This document shows positions 63,790 through 64,000 of a stretch of 64,000 nucleotides of DNA, piece by piece. How positions within the stretch are numbered: position 1 is the stretch's first letter; the number at the start of each line of letters is the position of its first letter. The stretch spans positions 2,420,001-2,484,000 of the forward strand of contig MU053652.1 of the NCBI GenBank assembly GCA_013239625.1, in the 5' to 3' direction. The translations under genes were made by a program, and so were the position numbers. The notes under the pieces are model-generated. The model saw only the letters and a list, made by a program, of their open reading frames with translations. It was not told the DNA's origin and made no database searches. The DNA comes from Lama guanicoe (lineage: Eukaryota).

Positions 63790-64000
63790 CCCTGTTGAAT
63801 GGAGCACTTACTGAGTATTTTATTTTGCTGTCTTTCATAATTATTTAATTTTCTCAACAACTTGAGGTAAGTACTCTCATTACCTCCATTTTATAGGTGA
63901 GGAAGTAAATGATTAGAAAGGTGACTTGTTCTAAATCACTTTTAAAACTGGCAAGTAGCAGAGCTAGTATATGAACCTGGATTCTGATTCTTAACCACTA
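63790..64000 (-). mobile_element. MIR SINE
   Basis: ctcaacaacttgaggtaagtact..ccattttataggtgaggaa..tcttaaccacta. Confidence 0.7.

Overview
Mammalian (camelid-like) genomic DNA, not a prokaryotic locus. The + strand carries most of the podocalyxin gene PODXL: about 35 kb of presumed intron 1, then seven coding exons at 35224-42168 and a ~3.9 kb 3'UTR ending near an ATTAAA at 46033. Exon 1 (start codon and signal peptide) is not visible and probably lies upstream of the window. Convergently on the - strand are the last coding exon of muskelin MKLN1 (57572-57693) and a long AT-rich 3'UTR reaching about 48875. The rest is repeat-rich intron: a young 5'-truncated LINE-1 with an open ORF2 and a perfect 17-bp TSD nested in an older L1, an RPL35A processed pseudogene nested in an L1 tail, two tRNA-derived camelid-type SINEs, plus MaLR LTRs, ERVL relics, DNA transposons, MIR/L2 and microsatellites. 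I see no new multi-gene system. The most unusual items are (1) a ~125-bp local duplication of the end of the PODXL transmembrane exon with its splice donor, placed just before the last exon, which could create a tail-truncating or poison exon; (2) a frame-required GC-AG intron; (3) an extra cysteine in the globular domain; (4) a 24-bp exact repeat bracketing the PODXL poly(A) site. Gene and repeat names come from recognising remembered sequences by eye, not from database searches. Exon numbering assumes a single upstream exon 1.
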